Assembly: GCA_043814605.1 (NCBI GenBank)
Contig: JBDRJV010000028.1
Coordinates: 7,790 to 71,789 of the forward strand
Direction: 5' to 3'
From: Candidatus Omnitrophota bacterium
GTDB taxonomy: Bacteria > Omnitrophota > Gorgyraeia > B26-G9
DNA length: 64,000 bases
The notes under the pieces are model-generated. The model did not search any database. It was not told where the DNA came from and saw only the letters and a list, made by a program, of their open reading frames with translations. The translations under genes and the position numbers were made by a program. Below, piece after piece: positions 52,290 through 61,236 of the stretch (position 1 is the first letter of the stretch; every line of letters begins with the position of its first letter).

Positions 52290-54452
52290 TTAAGCAATAT
52301 TTTTTAAACATTTTTTTGCTGTTTCCCGCAATTGTTTTGGCTCGACAGGGAAGAGCAAAAACAGTTTTTTATTTAAAATTTTCCGGGCTGCGCTTTTGGC
52401 AAAAACAGGATCAATTTTTAACAAAGATTCCAGCGCGGCAATGCGGATGCTAATATCGGATACATTTTTCCCTTTGCCCATGCCTTGTGCGATCGGTTCC
52501 AGGGCGGTGCGGACTTGTTTGTAAGGGAAATCACCTAAATATTCAACACTCGCAATCCGTAAAGCCGGCCTTGAATGTTCCAGAAATTCCAGCAAAACAG
52601 CTAAAGCTTTTGCAGACTTTATTTGTGCAATACGTTTTAAAGCCCGCGTGGCAATAATCACATTTTCGTGCCGGGCAATTTCTTTTAAAGGCATTACAAT
52701 TTCGTCATGATCAATGGTTTGAAACAGATCGATAAGGCGCATGATGTTTGCCGGAGATTGCCGGTGGAGATCTTGGTTTAAAACAAAAGCTCCGGCAGCA
52801 TAATTATCACTGATTATTTTTTGTACTGTTTGCGCGAAAGGGATTTTTTCCTCCGCAGTATAAATGTTTACTAAAATACTAATAAAACCTTCTTTAAAAC
52901 AAGCAGCTAATTGATGCAAAAGACTTTCGGCTTTTTGTGCATCCTGTATTTGCAGAACAGATTTAGTAAAGGCATTGATAATTGCCAGAGGGCAGGTTTT
53001 TGTGGATGCGGTGAGAGACTTTTTTCTCTCCGGGTGATCCTGGTTTAAAAGCCCGGTAATAAATTTTAAAACGCTAAAAGTTTGTTCAAAATTTTTATCC
53101 TGCATTAATTTTTGTAAAATTTTTATAAGCTTTTCTGTTGTTTGTTGGAAGAAGGGCGCGTCTTGTTCTTTTTCAAGCACACTTTGCAGGATTATTATAT
53201 AATCAGGTTCAGTGTTAAAATTTTTAATATTTTCTTCTAGCCGGCTTTTATCAAGTTTGACGGTTTTTAAAACATTTAAACCTTCTACTAAATCATTTGT
53301 TTCTGACTCGGAAATAAGCCCCAGCTCCAGCTCGGCATTCTCATCCAAAGAAAATTTAGGGGCCAGGCTTGAACAAACGTCATTTAAAACAGCAGTATTT
53401 TTATTGACATCAGGGATTTGTTTTTGCAGGGCATCTTTTAGCTTAGGGAGAAAATTAACAAAAGCAGTACGGTCGATAAAAAGTTGTTTTAAAATATTTT
53501 TTGTGTGTTCAATGGCTGGCGGAGTACAATTAGCCGCAGCAATTTTATTAGTAATCAGCTGTGCTAATTCTTCAGAGCTTAAACTAGAAGCTAAAAAAGA
53601 AAAAGTGTGTGCATTTTTAATCAAAGGATTTTCCTGATGATCAAAGGCAAGGTCAAAAAGATCGCTTTTGTTAAATGATTTCAGAATATCTTCCGAAATT
53701 GTTTGTGCTTCGTCCTTTTCGGAAAAACCTAAGGCATTAACAGATTTTGCTATTTTATCTAAAATCGCCAACACTGCTTCCCCGGGTAGCGGTTGGTTGT
53801 TGTTTTGAGCCGTACCTTGTGCGGTAAGTTTAATTAAAGCAGAGACTAGCCCTGGATCTTTAAGTAAATCGTAGAGAAAAAGAGCTTGTTCTGAGCTGAT
53901 CTCTTGTTTTATCTTATCCGTAAACTGGGAAAATAGTTTGCTTGCGGCCAATTCTTGCAGTTGTGTTTGGTTAAAAATGCGGTGTTTTTTGGAATAATAT
54001 TCGATAATTTTTATGCCTTGCGCGCCGTTTTGGTTTAATACTGCGCTGGCGCCGCCTTGGGGTATAATACTCTCTGGTGCGCTGTTGAGCACCTCAACCA
54101 GCAAATTTATATCCGTGATGGAAATATCTCGGCTAAAAATAATTTGCCGGATGTAGCGGGCTTGCAGCTGTTCGATAAAATCTTGGATCCCAGGAACTTT
54201 TTCCGGCCCCAGGGCAATATCCTGAACAAATAAATGCCCTTCAAAAATTTTTAGGGTAATTGTATTATATTGTGCAAAAATTTCTTTAAGGTGGGAAAAA
54301 AATTTTTCAACAACCTGTAAAAGCATTTGATGGCCTTTAGGATAGAGGGGAATTGCTTTAAGCATTCCGGTTAAATTTAAAATCAATTGGCTGGCGAGTT
54401 TTATTTGCGCCGGAGAAACTTGATTATCTGAGCCGTTATTTTTTATATGCAT
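52290..54452 (-). CDS. HEAT-repeat protein
   Basis: C-terminal HEAT-like repeats (ALKRIAQIKSAKALAVL; RIASVEYLG; RIAALESL); N-terminal LYPKGHQ domain. Confidence 0.75.
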   Translation of the reverse strand: MHIKNNGSDNQVSPAQIKLASQLILNLTGMLKAIPLYPKGHQMLLQVVEKFFSHLKEIFAQYNTITLKIFEGHLFVQDIALGPEKVPGIQDFIEQLQARYIRQIIFSRDISITDINLLVEVLNSAPESIIPQGGASAVLNQNGAQGIKIIEYYSKKHRIFNQTQLQELAASKLFSQFTDKIKQEISSEQALFLYDLLKDPGLVSALIKLTAQGTAQNNNQPLPGEAVLAILDKIAKSVNALGFSEKDEAQTISEDILKSFNKSDLFDLAFDHQENPLIKNAHTFSFLASSLSSEELAQLITNKIAAANCTPPAIEHTKNILKQLFIDRTAFVNFLPKLKDALQKQIPDVNKNTAVLNDVCSSLAPKFSLDENAELELGLISESETNDLVEGLNVLKTVKLDKSRLEENIKNFNTEPDYIIILQSVLEKEQDAPFFQQTTEKLIKILQKLMQDKNFEQTFSVLKFITGLLNQDHPERKKSLTASTKTCPLAIINAFTKSVLQIQDAQKAESLLHQLAACFKEGFISILVNIYTAEEKIPFAQTVQKIISDNYAAGAFVLNQDLHRQSPANIMRLIDLFQTIDHDEIVMPLKEIARHENVIIATRALKRIAQIKSAKALAVLLEFLEHSRPALRIASVEYLGDFPYKQVRTALEPIAQGMGKGKNVSDISIRIAALESLLKIDPVFAKSAARKILNKKLFLLFPVEPKQLRETAKKCLKNIA

Positions 54453-54556
54453 AAAATTCCTCTAAAAAAATATTATAACAAAGTATTAGAAGTTTTTAAA
54501 GAATTGTAATATTTTTAACAGGATGTTAGAAAGCTCAAAAAGGGGGGGCACGGTAA

Positions 54557-55114
54557 CTACCACTGGATAATACATTCAAACTGGCTAACAATATTGCCTT
54601 GCTGGTCGTTAGTGGTTAATTTTTCGAAAAAAGTTATCTGAGCGTCGGGTTTTAATAAATATGCAGCCTGAGTAAGGACCCCGTGTTCTACTTGAGGATG
54701 GCTTTTAAAATCCTTATAAATAATCTTACGAGAATTTTCTCCCAGAGTTTCAATTGTAATATTAGCAAAACTCAGTACTTGCCGGTAGAAAAAGGGCATA
54801 TGTTGAAGGGCGCTTTTAAAGTTTTTTTCAAAAAGGGGCACGATTTTTTTTGTTAATGGGCTGCTCAGGATACTCTTCATCATTATTTTCCCTATTTCAT
54901 ATAACTGTTTGTCTGGTGATTTGTTCGGTAAGAGGATTTTCCCGGCAGCAACGCTCAGAAGGTTAAATTCCTGGATAGGGTAATCAAAAAAATTAGTATA
55001 CTGCAAAGAATTGTTTAAAGATTGTTTTAGGGAGTTAAGTGCTTCGGGGCCTTTTTCTTTTTCAATCTATTTTAAGATGCTGTTAAAACTTATCCCTTTG
55101 GCAGTGTCTTTCAT
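54557..55114 (-). pseudogene. DUF2378/TIGR02265-like gene interrupted by an in-frame TAG
   Basis: ATG 55114 gives MKDTAKGISFNSILK*IEKEKGPEAL...FFDYPIQEF...YEIG...HGVL...FECIIQW; TAG at 55067-55069. Family assignment is from pattern recall only. Confidence 0.6.
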
Positions 55115-55365
55115 TCTGCGCCCTTAATTGTTTAGTTTTAATAAATTTATTGAAACATATTAATAATATAATCAAGACCAATTTTTAGCAAGAAAAAATA
55201 ATTTTTACCTTGAAAATTTTATGTTTTGCGGATGCAAAGAAGTAAAAACAAGCACAAAGCAGCCTTGATTTTTCTCAAAAAATATGCTATGGTATGCTCA
55301 AACAATTGAACAATACTGTAAGAAAATCAGTTCAGAAATAAATCAGTGGATATATAAGGTTTTGC

Positions 55366-55453
55366 GGAGGAGTGGCTGAGTGGACGAAAGCGGCGGTCTT
55401 GAAAACCGTTGTACCGCAAGGTACCGTGGGTTCGAATCCTACCTCCTCCGCCA
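55366..55453 (+). tRNA. tRNA-Ser (anticodon TGA)
   Basis: GGAGGAG/CTCCTCC acceptor, GCGGT-CT-TGA-AA-ACCGT anticodon arm, long variable arm GTACC-GCAA-GGTAC, GTTCGAATC, G73, encoded CCA. Confidence 0.97.
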
Positions 55454-55477
55454 TTTTCGCAATGAACAGATACTAAA

Positions 55478-55900
55478 ATGATTAAAAAAACACAAATCCA
55501 TACTCCTCGTTTACCCGAAGCTAAGGCTGCTTTTCCCCGTGGCTTAAAAATTGAACTGGACAACACAATTCTTTTTTTTATTTCCGGCACAGCCAGCGTT
55601 AGCCCGGATGATTCTACGGCACATGTTGGCGATTTGTACGCGCAAGCCATGCATACTTATCAAAACATAGAATCCCTGCTTACTGAGCAGCAGGCTCAGT
55701 TTAAAGATATTGTGAAGTTCACAATTTATTTGAAAGACATGGAAGAATACAGTATTTTTAATAAAGCCAGGGATGATTTTTTCGCGCAGAAAAACATGTC
55801 CCGGGAAGAGTTTCCGGCCAGCACTTGCGTGCAGGCGCATTTATGCCGCCAAGAACTTCTTGTCGAAATCGAAGCAATTGCAATAATCCCTAAAAAATAA
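55478..55900 (+). CDS. RidA/YjgF/UK114 family protein
   Basis: FFISGTASV, DIVKFTIYLKDM, FNKARDDFF, PASTCVQAHLCRQELLVEIEAIA. Confidence 0.85.
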   Translation: MIKKTQIHTPRLPEAKAAFPRGLKIELDNTILFFISGTASVSPDDSTAHVGDLYAQAMHTYQNIESLLTEQQAQFKDIVKFTIYLKDMEEYSIFNKARDDFFAQKNMSREEFPASTCVQAHLCRQELLVEIEAIAIIPKK

Positions 55901-55946
55901 AGCTGCTCCTTGTTTTTATTCCGCACCCATCCCGGATTATATTTTC

Positions 55947-55993
55947 TTGACAACGCTTATCGGCTTGTGTTACTATTTTTAAAAATGTGCTAC
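55947..55993 (+). promoter_or_regulatory. sigma70 promoter overlapped by a NikR-type operator
   Basis: TTGACA (55947)-18-TACTAT (55971); GTGTTAC-N13-GTGCTAC at 55967-55993, upstream of a Ni/Co transporter operon. Confidence 0.65.
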
Positions 55994-55999
55994 GCGAAT

Positions 56000-56146
56000 A
56001 TGATTAATAAAGACAAAAAAATAGACAAACAAGTCCTTGATGAAATTATTCTCTGTTTGCAAAATATAAAATACGGGGAGGTGGTCGTTACTATTCATAA
56101 TTCCAAAATAGTGCAGATCGAGAAGAAAGAAAAACACAGGTTTTAG
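56000..56146 (+). CDS. YezD / DUF2292 family small protein
   Basis: LQNIKYGEVVVTIHNSKIVQIEKKEKHRF matches the YezD pattern; 48 aa from ATG 56000 (or 55985). Confidence 0.85.
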   Translation: MINKDKKIDKQVLDEIILCLQNIKYGEVVVTIHNSKIVQIEKKEKHRF

Positions 56147-56182
56147 CGGCTTCCTTGTTCTGCGTAAAAAATATTTAAATTT

Positions 56183-56207
56183 GTTCTGACCGGACAGCCG
56201 GAAGAAC
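56183..56207 (+). promoter_or_regulatory. Bulged RNA hairpin downstream of the YezD gene
   Basis: GTTCT-GA-CCGG-ACAG-CCGG-A-AGAAC; no U-tract; lies just before the porin SD. Confidence 0.5.
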
Positions 56208-56234
56208 CGTACAATTAAAAAGGAAAGGATAATT

Positions 56235-57452
56235 ATGCGTAATGCAAAATTAATTGTTGCGGCGGCTTTTGGCGCGGCGGTCTTGTGTTTAAGTTTAAGT
56301 TGTTATGCTCAATCCGGAGCAGATTTAGAGGCCAGGGTTACGGCGTTGGAAGAGCAAATGAAAAGCGCGGGTGTTTTAGAAGGTTTAGAAATGAACATCG
56401 GATTTACAATGATTGTCCAAGGCACATCAAAAGCAAATGGCTCAGGAATTGTGGCGAATAATATTGGCCATAAGGAAAATGATACTACAGATGCTTCTTA
56501 TTCCGCGGATATTGAATTTTTTAAACAATTAGACGAGCAATCCAGCGTGTTTTTACATTTGGAAACAGGCGAGAATGCGGGAGTGACCGACGATTTAGAA
56601 TTATATTCTAATGTGAATCAGGATGCCAATGCCGCTACAGGCAATTTTGGGGTTTCGGAATTGTATTGGGAGCAAAATTTTGATGATCAAACTTTTTTAA
56701 CCTTTGGAAAAATTGATGCAACCGGGTTTATTGATACTAATGAATATGCCAATGATGAATGCAGCCAATTCTTAAGCAGTATGTTTAAAAATTCTCCGGC
56801 GATTGAATTTCCGGATAATACGATCGGCTTGCGGGCAGGAACAGCATTGCTTGATGTTTTAAGCCTTGATACGGTTATTGCCGACGGAGATGCGGATTTT
56901 AATCAGGTCGGGGATTCGCTTTGGATCGGCGCGCAGTTAACTCTGCAGCCGAACAGCATCGAACGCAAAGGAAACTATCGTTTGTATTATTGGTACAATG
57001 ATACGCCGCACACAAAATGGCAGGATGCGTCAAAAACAAAAGAATCCGGACAGGGTTTTGGTATAAGCTTTGACCAGGAGTTGACTGAGAGGATGGGGGT
57101 GTTTGTGCGCGCCGGAATGCAGCAGGATGATGCGGCGTTAGATACAAGCACTTTTTCTTTAGAAAGTGCGTATAGTTTCGGTGCGCAATTTAACGGAAGT
57201 TTTTGGGGCAGAGATAATGATATTCTAGGGTTAGGCTGCGGGCAGGTAATGGCTTCGGATGAATATAAAAAAGCTGGTAATTTGCAGGCCAAAACCGAAG
57301 GGCAGGTTGAACTTTATTATAATTATGCGGTCAGCGAAAACTTAATAATTTCCCCGGATTTCCAAATGATCAATAATCCATTCGGTAAAGACGCGGTTAA
57401 TGGAGATGACATTATTTTTGTTGCGGGTATCAGAACGCAAATAAATTTTTAA
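56235..57452 (+). CDS. OprB-family (carbohydrate-selective-type) porin
   Basis: Signal peptide, short coiled coil, GKIDATGFIDTNEYANDECSQF, ELYYNY, ISPDFQ, terminal GIRTQINF. Confidence 0.8.
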   Translation: MRNAKLIVAAAFGAAVLCLSLSCYAQSGADLEARVTALEEQMKSAGVLEGLEMNIGFTMIVQGTSKANGSGIVANNIGHKENDTTDASYSADIEFFKQLDEQSSVFLHLETGENAGVTDDLELYSNVNQDANAATGNFGVSELYWEQNFDDQTFLTFGKIDATGFIDTNEYANDECSQFLSSMFKNSPAIEFPDNTIGLRAGTALLDVLSLDTVIADGDADFNQVGDSLWIGAQLTLQPNSIERKGNYRLYYWYNDTPHTKWQDASKTKESGQGFGISFDQELTERMGVFVRAGMQQDDAALDTSTFSLESAYSFGAQFNGSFWGRDNDILGLGCGQVMASDEYKKAGNLQAKTEGQVELYYNYAVSENLIISPDFQMINNPFGKDAVNGDDIIFVAGIRTQINF

Positions 57453-57479
57453 TAATAAATAAAAGGAAGGAACAATATC

Positions 57480-58517
57480 ATGCATATGGCAGATGCTTTG
57501 ATTTCTCCAAAAGTAGGCGCAGCGCTTTGGACGGTTACAGCGGGATTAATTGCATACAGTTCGAAAAAGGTACAAAAAGATGCCGATAACCGCAAAGTTC
57601 CGCTGATGGGCGTCTTAGGCGCGTTTATTTTTGCTGCGCAGAGGATTAATTTCAGTATTCCGGGAACAGGTTCCAGCGGACATTTAGGCGGAGGCATGAT
57701 TTTAGCAATTCTGCTGGGGCCATGCGCGGCATTTCTAGTTATGGCTTCGGTTCTGATTGTGCAGGCCTTATTTTTTGGGGATGGCGGGATTTTAGCTTTA
57801 GGATGCAACATCTTTAATTTAGGATTTTTTTCCTGTTTTGTGGCGTATCCTTTGATTTACCGTAAGATCCTTGGCAACAAACCCGCATCAGGGAAAATTG
57901 TTACAGGTTCTTTGCTGGCGGCAATTATCGGTTTACAGCTCGGAGCTTTCGGCGTGGTTTTGGAAACGGTATTTTCCGGCATTACGGCATTGCCGTTTAA
58001 GAGTTTTTTGTTTCTAATGCAGCCGATTCATTTAGCTATCGGCATAGTCGAAGGCATGGTAACGGCTGCGGTAGTGATGTTTGTTTATAATGCGCGGCCG
58101 GAAATTTTGAATACAGAAAATAATTTAAAACGAATTAGAACAATTGATCTGAAAAAAGTGCTTATTGGTTTTATGCTGGCAGCAATAATTACCGGCACGG
58201 CGTTAAGCTGGTTTGCTTCTGCTCGTCCGGATGGTTTAGAATGGGCAATGTTTAAAACTTCCGGACAGGAAGAATTAGAAACAGATAAGAAACTACACGC
58301 TTCTTTAGCTGCTTTGCAGGCTAAAACTGCTTTTTTGCCGGATTACGGATTTAAAAAAACAGGCTCAGAATCTGAACCTGTATCCGAGCCGCAGCCAGCT
58401 TGGCCTTCCGTTGATTTGGGAACTTCGGTGTCTGGGTTAGTTGGCGGAAGTTTAACCTTTCTGATAATTTTTTTAATCGGGCTGGGAATGCGGCGTAAAG
58501 AGGTTTCAGCACAATAA
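57480..58517 (+). CDS. ECF Ni/Co transporter substrate component, fused NikMN/CbiMN
   Basis: N-terminal MHMADALI metal ligand, GSSGHLGG, QALFFGDGG, PDGLE domain. Confidence 0.92.
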   Translation: MHMADALISPKVGAALWTVTAGLIAYSSKKVQKDADNRKVPLMGVLGAFIFAAQRINFSIPGTGSSGHLGGGMILAILLGPCAAFLVMASVLIVQALFFGDGGILALGCNIFNLGFFSCFVAYPLIYRKILGNKPASGKIVTGSLLAAIIGLQLGAFGVVLETVFSGITALPFKSFLFLMQPIHLAIGIVEGMVTAAVVMFVYNARPEILNTENNLKRIRTIDLKKVLIGFMLAAIITGTALSWFASARPDGLEWAMFKTSGQEELETDKKLHASLAALQAKTAFLPDYGFKKTGSESEPVSEPQPAWPSVDLGTSVSGLVGGSLTFLIIFLIGLGMRRKEVSAQ

Positions 58518-58520
58518 CGA

Positions 58521-59333
58521 ATGAATAATATTGCAAAAAATTATTTTGATATTGGGTATATGGATACTTTGGCCCAAGGCAGCAGTTTTCTGCACCGCTT
58601 GGACCCCCGGGCCAAACTTATCACGACTATATTATTTATAATGAGTGTGGTTTCTTTCAGTAAGTATACAACATTAGCGTTTATGCCTTTTTTCTTGTAC
58701 CCGGTATTTTTAATTGCAGCCGGAGGCTTGCCCGCGGGATATTTGTTAACTAAAGTATTATTGGTCGCTCCGTTTGCGGTTTTACTGGGAATTTTTAATC
58801 CGTTGATTGACCGGCAAATTATTTTTTATATCGGAACAATAGGAATATCCGGCGGCTGGGTTTCGTTTATTTCTGTTCTGCTGCGGTTTCTTTTAACCGT
58901 GACCGCAGCGCTACTGTTAGTGGCGTTAACTGGGTTTAATGCTGTGTGTGAAGCGTTGCTGAAAATGGGAGTACCGAAGCCGTTTGTTATGCAGCTTTTA
59001 TTTTTTTACCGCTATCTTTTTGTTTTAACTGACGAGGCACAGCGTATGGAGCGAGCCCGGGCGTTACGGTCTTTTCATTCCGGATTTATGCGTTATACGA
59101 CGTTTATTTCTTTACTGGGGCATTTATTACTGAGAACTTTGGCTCGTGCTGAACGCATTTATCACGCAATGTGCTGCCGGGGTTTTACGGGGCATATTTA
59201 TCGGGTAACATCCGTAAAAAGCACGGGAAAAGATATTTGTTTTGTGCTGGGATGGGGGTTTCTTTTTGTTTTTTTTCGTGTTTATAACATCCCGTTAACG
59301 CTAGGGGAAATTATTGTGAGGTTTTTTAAATGA
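58521..59333 (+). CDS. ECF transporter T component NikQ/CbiQ
   Basis: HRLDPRAKL, YRYLFVLTDEAQRMERARALR, RAERIYHAMCCRGF. Confidence 0.92.
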   Translation: MNNIAKNYFDIGYMDTLAQGSSFLHRLDPRAKLITTILFIMSVVSFSKYTTLAFMPFFLYPVFLIAAGGLPAGYLLTKVLLVAPFAVLLGIFNPLIDRQIIFYIGTIGISGGWVSFISVLLRFLLTVTAALLLVALTGFNAVCEALLKMGVPKPFVMQLLFFYRYLFVLTDEAQRMERARALRSFHSGFMRYTTFISLLGHLLLRTLARAERIYHAMCCRGFTGHIYRVTSVKSTGKDICFVLGWGFLFVFFRVYNIPLTLGEIIVRFFK

Positions 59334-60106
59334 GCCATCATATTGTTGAAGCGAGTAATTTGCATTATACTTATCCAGACGGAACCGTAGGAGTAAAGGG
59401 GGTATCCTTTCGCATTACACACGGAGAGTCCGTGGCAATAGTCGGAGAAAACGGCGCGGGAAAGTCCACGCTTTTACTTCACTTAAACGGATACTTATCC
59501 GCAGCCGAAGGCCAGGTACGGATCGGAGATTATCCGGTTTCCGTGAAAACCTTAGATTTTGTGCGGCGTTCTGTGGGCATGGTCTTCCAAAATTCTGATG
59601 ACCAATTGTTCATGCCTACAGTTTTTGATGATGTGGCTTTTGGCCCCATGAATTTAGGCTTGGATAAAATTGCAACAGAACAAAAAGTTGCGCAGGCGCT
59701 GGAAACAGTCGGTGCTTTGCATTTGAGAAAGCGTCCGCCGTATCAACTTTCCCAGGGAGAAAAAAGAGCTGTCGCAATTGCTACGGTACTGGCGATGTCT
59801 CCGGATATTTTAGTCATGGACGAGCCCAGCGCCAGTTTAGACCCGGCATCACGCAAAAGCCTGATTGCGCTGCTTAAGTCTTTTCAGCACACAAAAATTA
59901 TTGCGACACATGATTTGGACATGGCTCTGGACGTTTGCGAGCGCACGATCGTACTGCATGAAGGCCGGATAACTGCGGATGGGCCGACCCTAGAACTTTT
60001 TCAGAATGAAGATTTGTTGCAACAGAGCCGCTTGGAAAAACCGTTGAGACTACAGATCTGTCCGGTTTGCACTCCGGCAAAAAAAAGCAAAAACATTTCT
60101 TTGTAA
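59330..60106 (+). CDS. ECF transporter ATPase NikO/CbiO
   Basis: GENGAGKST, FQNSDDQLF, LSQGEK, MDEP, THD. Confidence 0.93.
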   Translation: MSHHIVEASNLHYTYPDGTVGVKGVSFRITHGESVAIVGENGAGKSTLLLHLNGYLSAAEGQVRIGDYPVSVKTLDFVRRSVGMVFQNSDDQLFMPTVFDDVAFGPMNLGLDKIATEQKVAQALETVGALHLRKRPPYQLSQGEKRAVAIATVLAMSPDILVMDEPSASLDPASRKSLIALLKSFQHTKIIATHDLDMALDVCERTIVLHEGRITADGPTLELFQNEDLLQQSRLEKPLRLQICPVCTPAKKSKNISL

Positions 60107-60213
60107 TTATCGCACAATTCTGCAATTTCCCGGATTTGCTTTTTCTGCATTTTTCTGCTATAACTATTCTTAAGTTTATTCTCTCTAATTTCTATTTTAA
60201 AGGTATTTTTACA

Positions 60214-60429
60214 ATGTATTACGTATATGTTTTCCGTAACAAAAAATCACAGCAATTAAAAGCTTTAGTTAGTCAAGATGAAGGCTACACGAATAAAAAT
60301 TTAGGTGAAATGATTTTATTTGAAACGCATCAGACCAAAGCCGGCGCAGAAAAAAGAAAAGATTATTTGAATACAGCTGCGGGAAAAATCTGGCTAAAGC
60401 AATCTTTACCGAATATTTTTCTTAAATAA
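60214..60429 (+). CDS. Degenerate GIY-YIG-like small protein
   Basis: From ATG 60214: MYYVYVFRNKKS...ILFETHQTKAGAEKRKDYLNTAAGKIWLK. Both ends match small GIY-YIG nucleases, but the YIG motif, catalytic Arg helix and Glu are missing. Confidence 0.55.
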   Translation: MYYVYVFRNKKSQQLKALVSQDEGYTNKNLGEMILFETHQTKAGAEKRKDYLNTAAGKIWLKQSLPNIFLK

Positions 60430-60442
60430 TTTAGGATAAAAA

Positions 60443-61222
60443 ATGATAAAAATCGGCACAGCCGGAACAGGCGGCTTAGGGTATAGAGGATGTCTAAGAC
60501 AACTGCCTAAATTCGGCATAAAGGCTTTAGAAGTTGAATTTACTTATGGGGTAAAGATGACGGCGGAGCAAGCGCGGGAAGTGGCGCAGCTGGCACGCGT
60601 TAATGATATTTCGCTTTCAATCCATGCGCCGTTTTTTATTAATCTGGCATCTTTAGAGCCGGAAAAAGTTACGGCTTCCAGAAAAAGAATTATTGCCAGC
60701 TGTGCTAAGGCAGATATTTTAGGCGCAAGCCATGTTGTGTTTCACGCCGGCTTTTATCAGCAAAGAGACCCGGAAGAAATTTATCAAATTATAAAAAAAG
60801 AAATTCTTGATTTGCTGAAGACGCTCAAAAAACATGCCTGGAAAACAGCGCTGGCTTTGGAAACAACAGGCAAGGTTACGCAATTTGGCTCTTTGGATGA
60901 ATTGCTGCGAATGCGGCAGGAAACCGGGTGCGATATTTGCGTAGATTTTGCGCATTTGCTGGCGCGGGATGGGAAAATTGATTATGATCAGGTTTTTAAA
61001 AAGATAAAAAAATTAAAACACATTCATGCGCATTTTTCCGGCATTGAATTCAGCGCAAAGGGAGAGAGAAAACATTTACTGACGCAGGAAAAAGACATTC
61101 ATGAGTTGGCTAAACATATAATTAAAAACAAAGTGGATATTACAATTATTAACGAAAGCCCCCAGCCGTTAAAAGACGCAGCAAAAATGGTGAAGATTTT
61201 TAGTAAGGTTGCAAAAAAATAA
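60443..61222 (+). CDS. Endonuclease IV-like TIM barrel protein (archaeal-like type)
   Basis: ALEVEFTYGV, SIHAPFFINL, VVFHAGFY, LETTGK..QFG, VDFAH, HAHFSGI, INESP. Confidence 0.85.
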   Translation: MIKIGTAGTGGLGYRGCLRQLPKFGIKALEVEFTYGVKMTAEQAREVAQLARVNDISLSIHAPFFINLASLEPEKVTASRKRIIASCAKADILGASHVVFHAGFYQQRDPEEIYQIIKKEILDLLKTLKKHAWKTALALETTGKVTQFGSLDELLRMRQETGCDICVDFAHLLARDGKIDYDQVFKKIKKLKHIHAHFSGIEFSAKGERKHLLTQEKDIHELAKHIIKNKVDITIINESPQPLKDAAKMVKIFSKVAKK

Positions 61223-61236
61223 TTTTTAAAGTTTGC

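Noticed and set aside
55366-55453. Selenocysteine or opal suppressor tRNA
   Set aside because: The anticodon is TGA (reads UCA, Ser), not TCA, and the acceptor stem is the normal 7 bp.
55900-56234. Cobalamin or NiCo riboswitch ahead of the ECF transporter
   Set aside because: No B12-box or multi-stem junction is recognisable; the space is occupied by a promoter, operator and the YezD gene.
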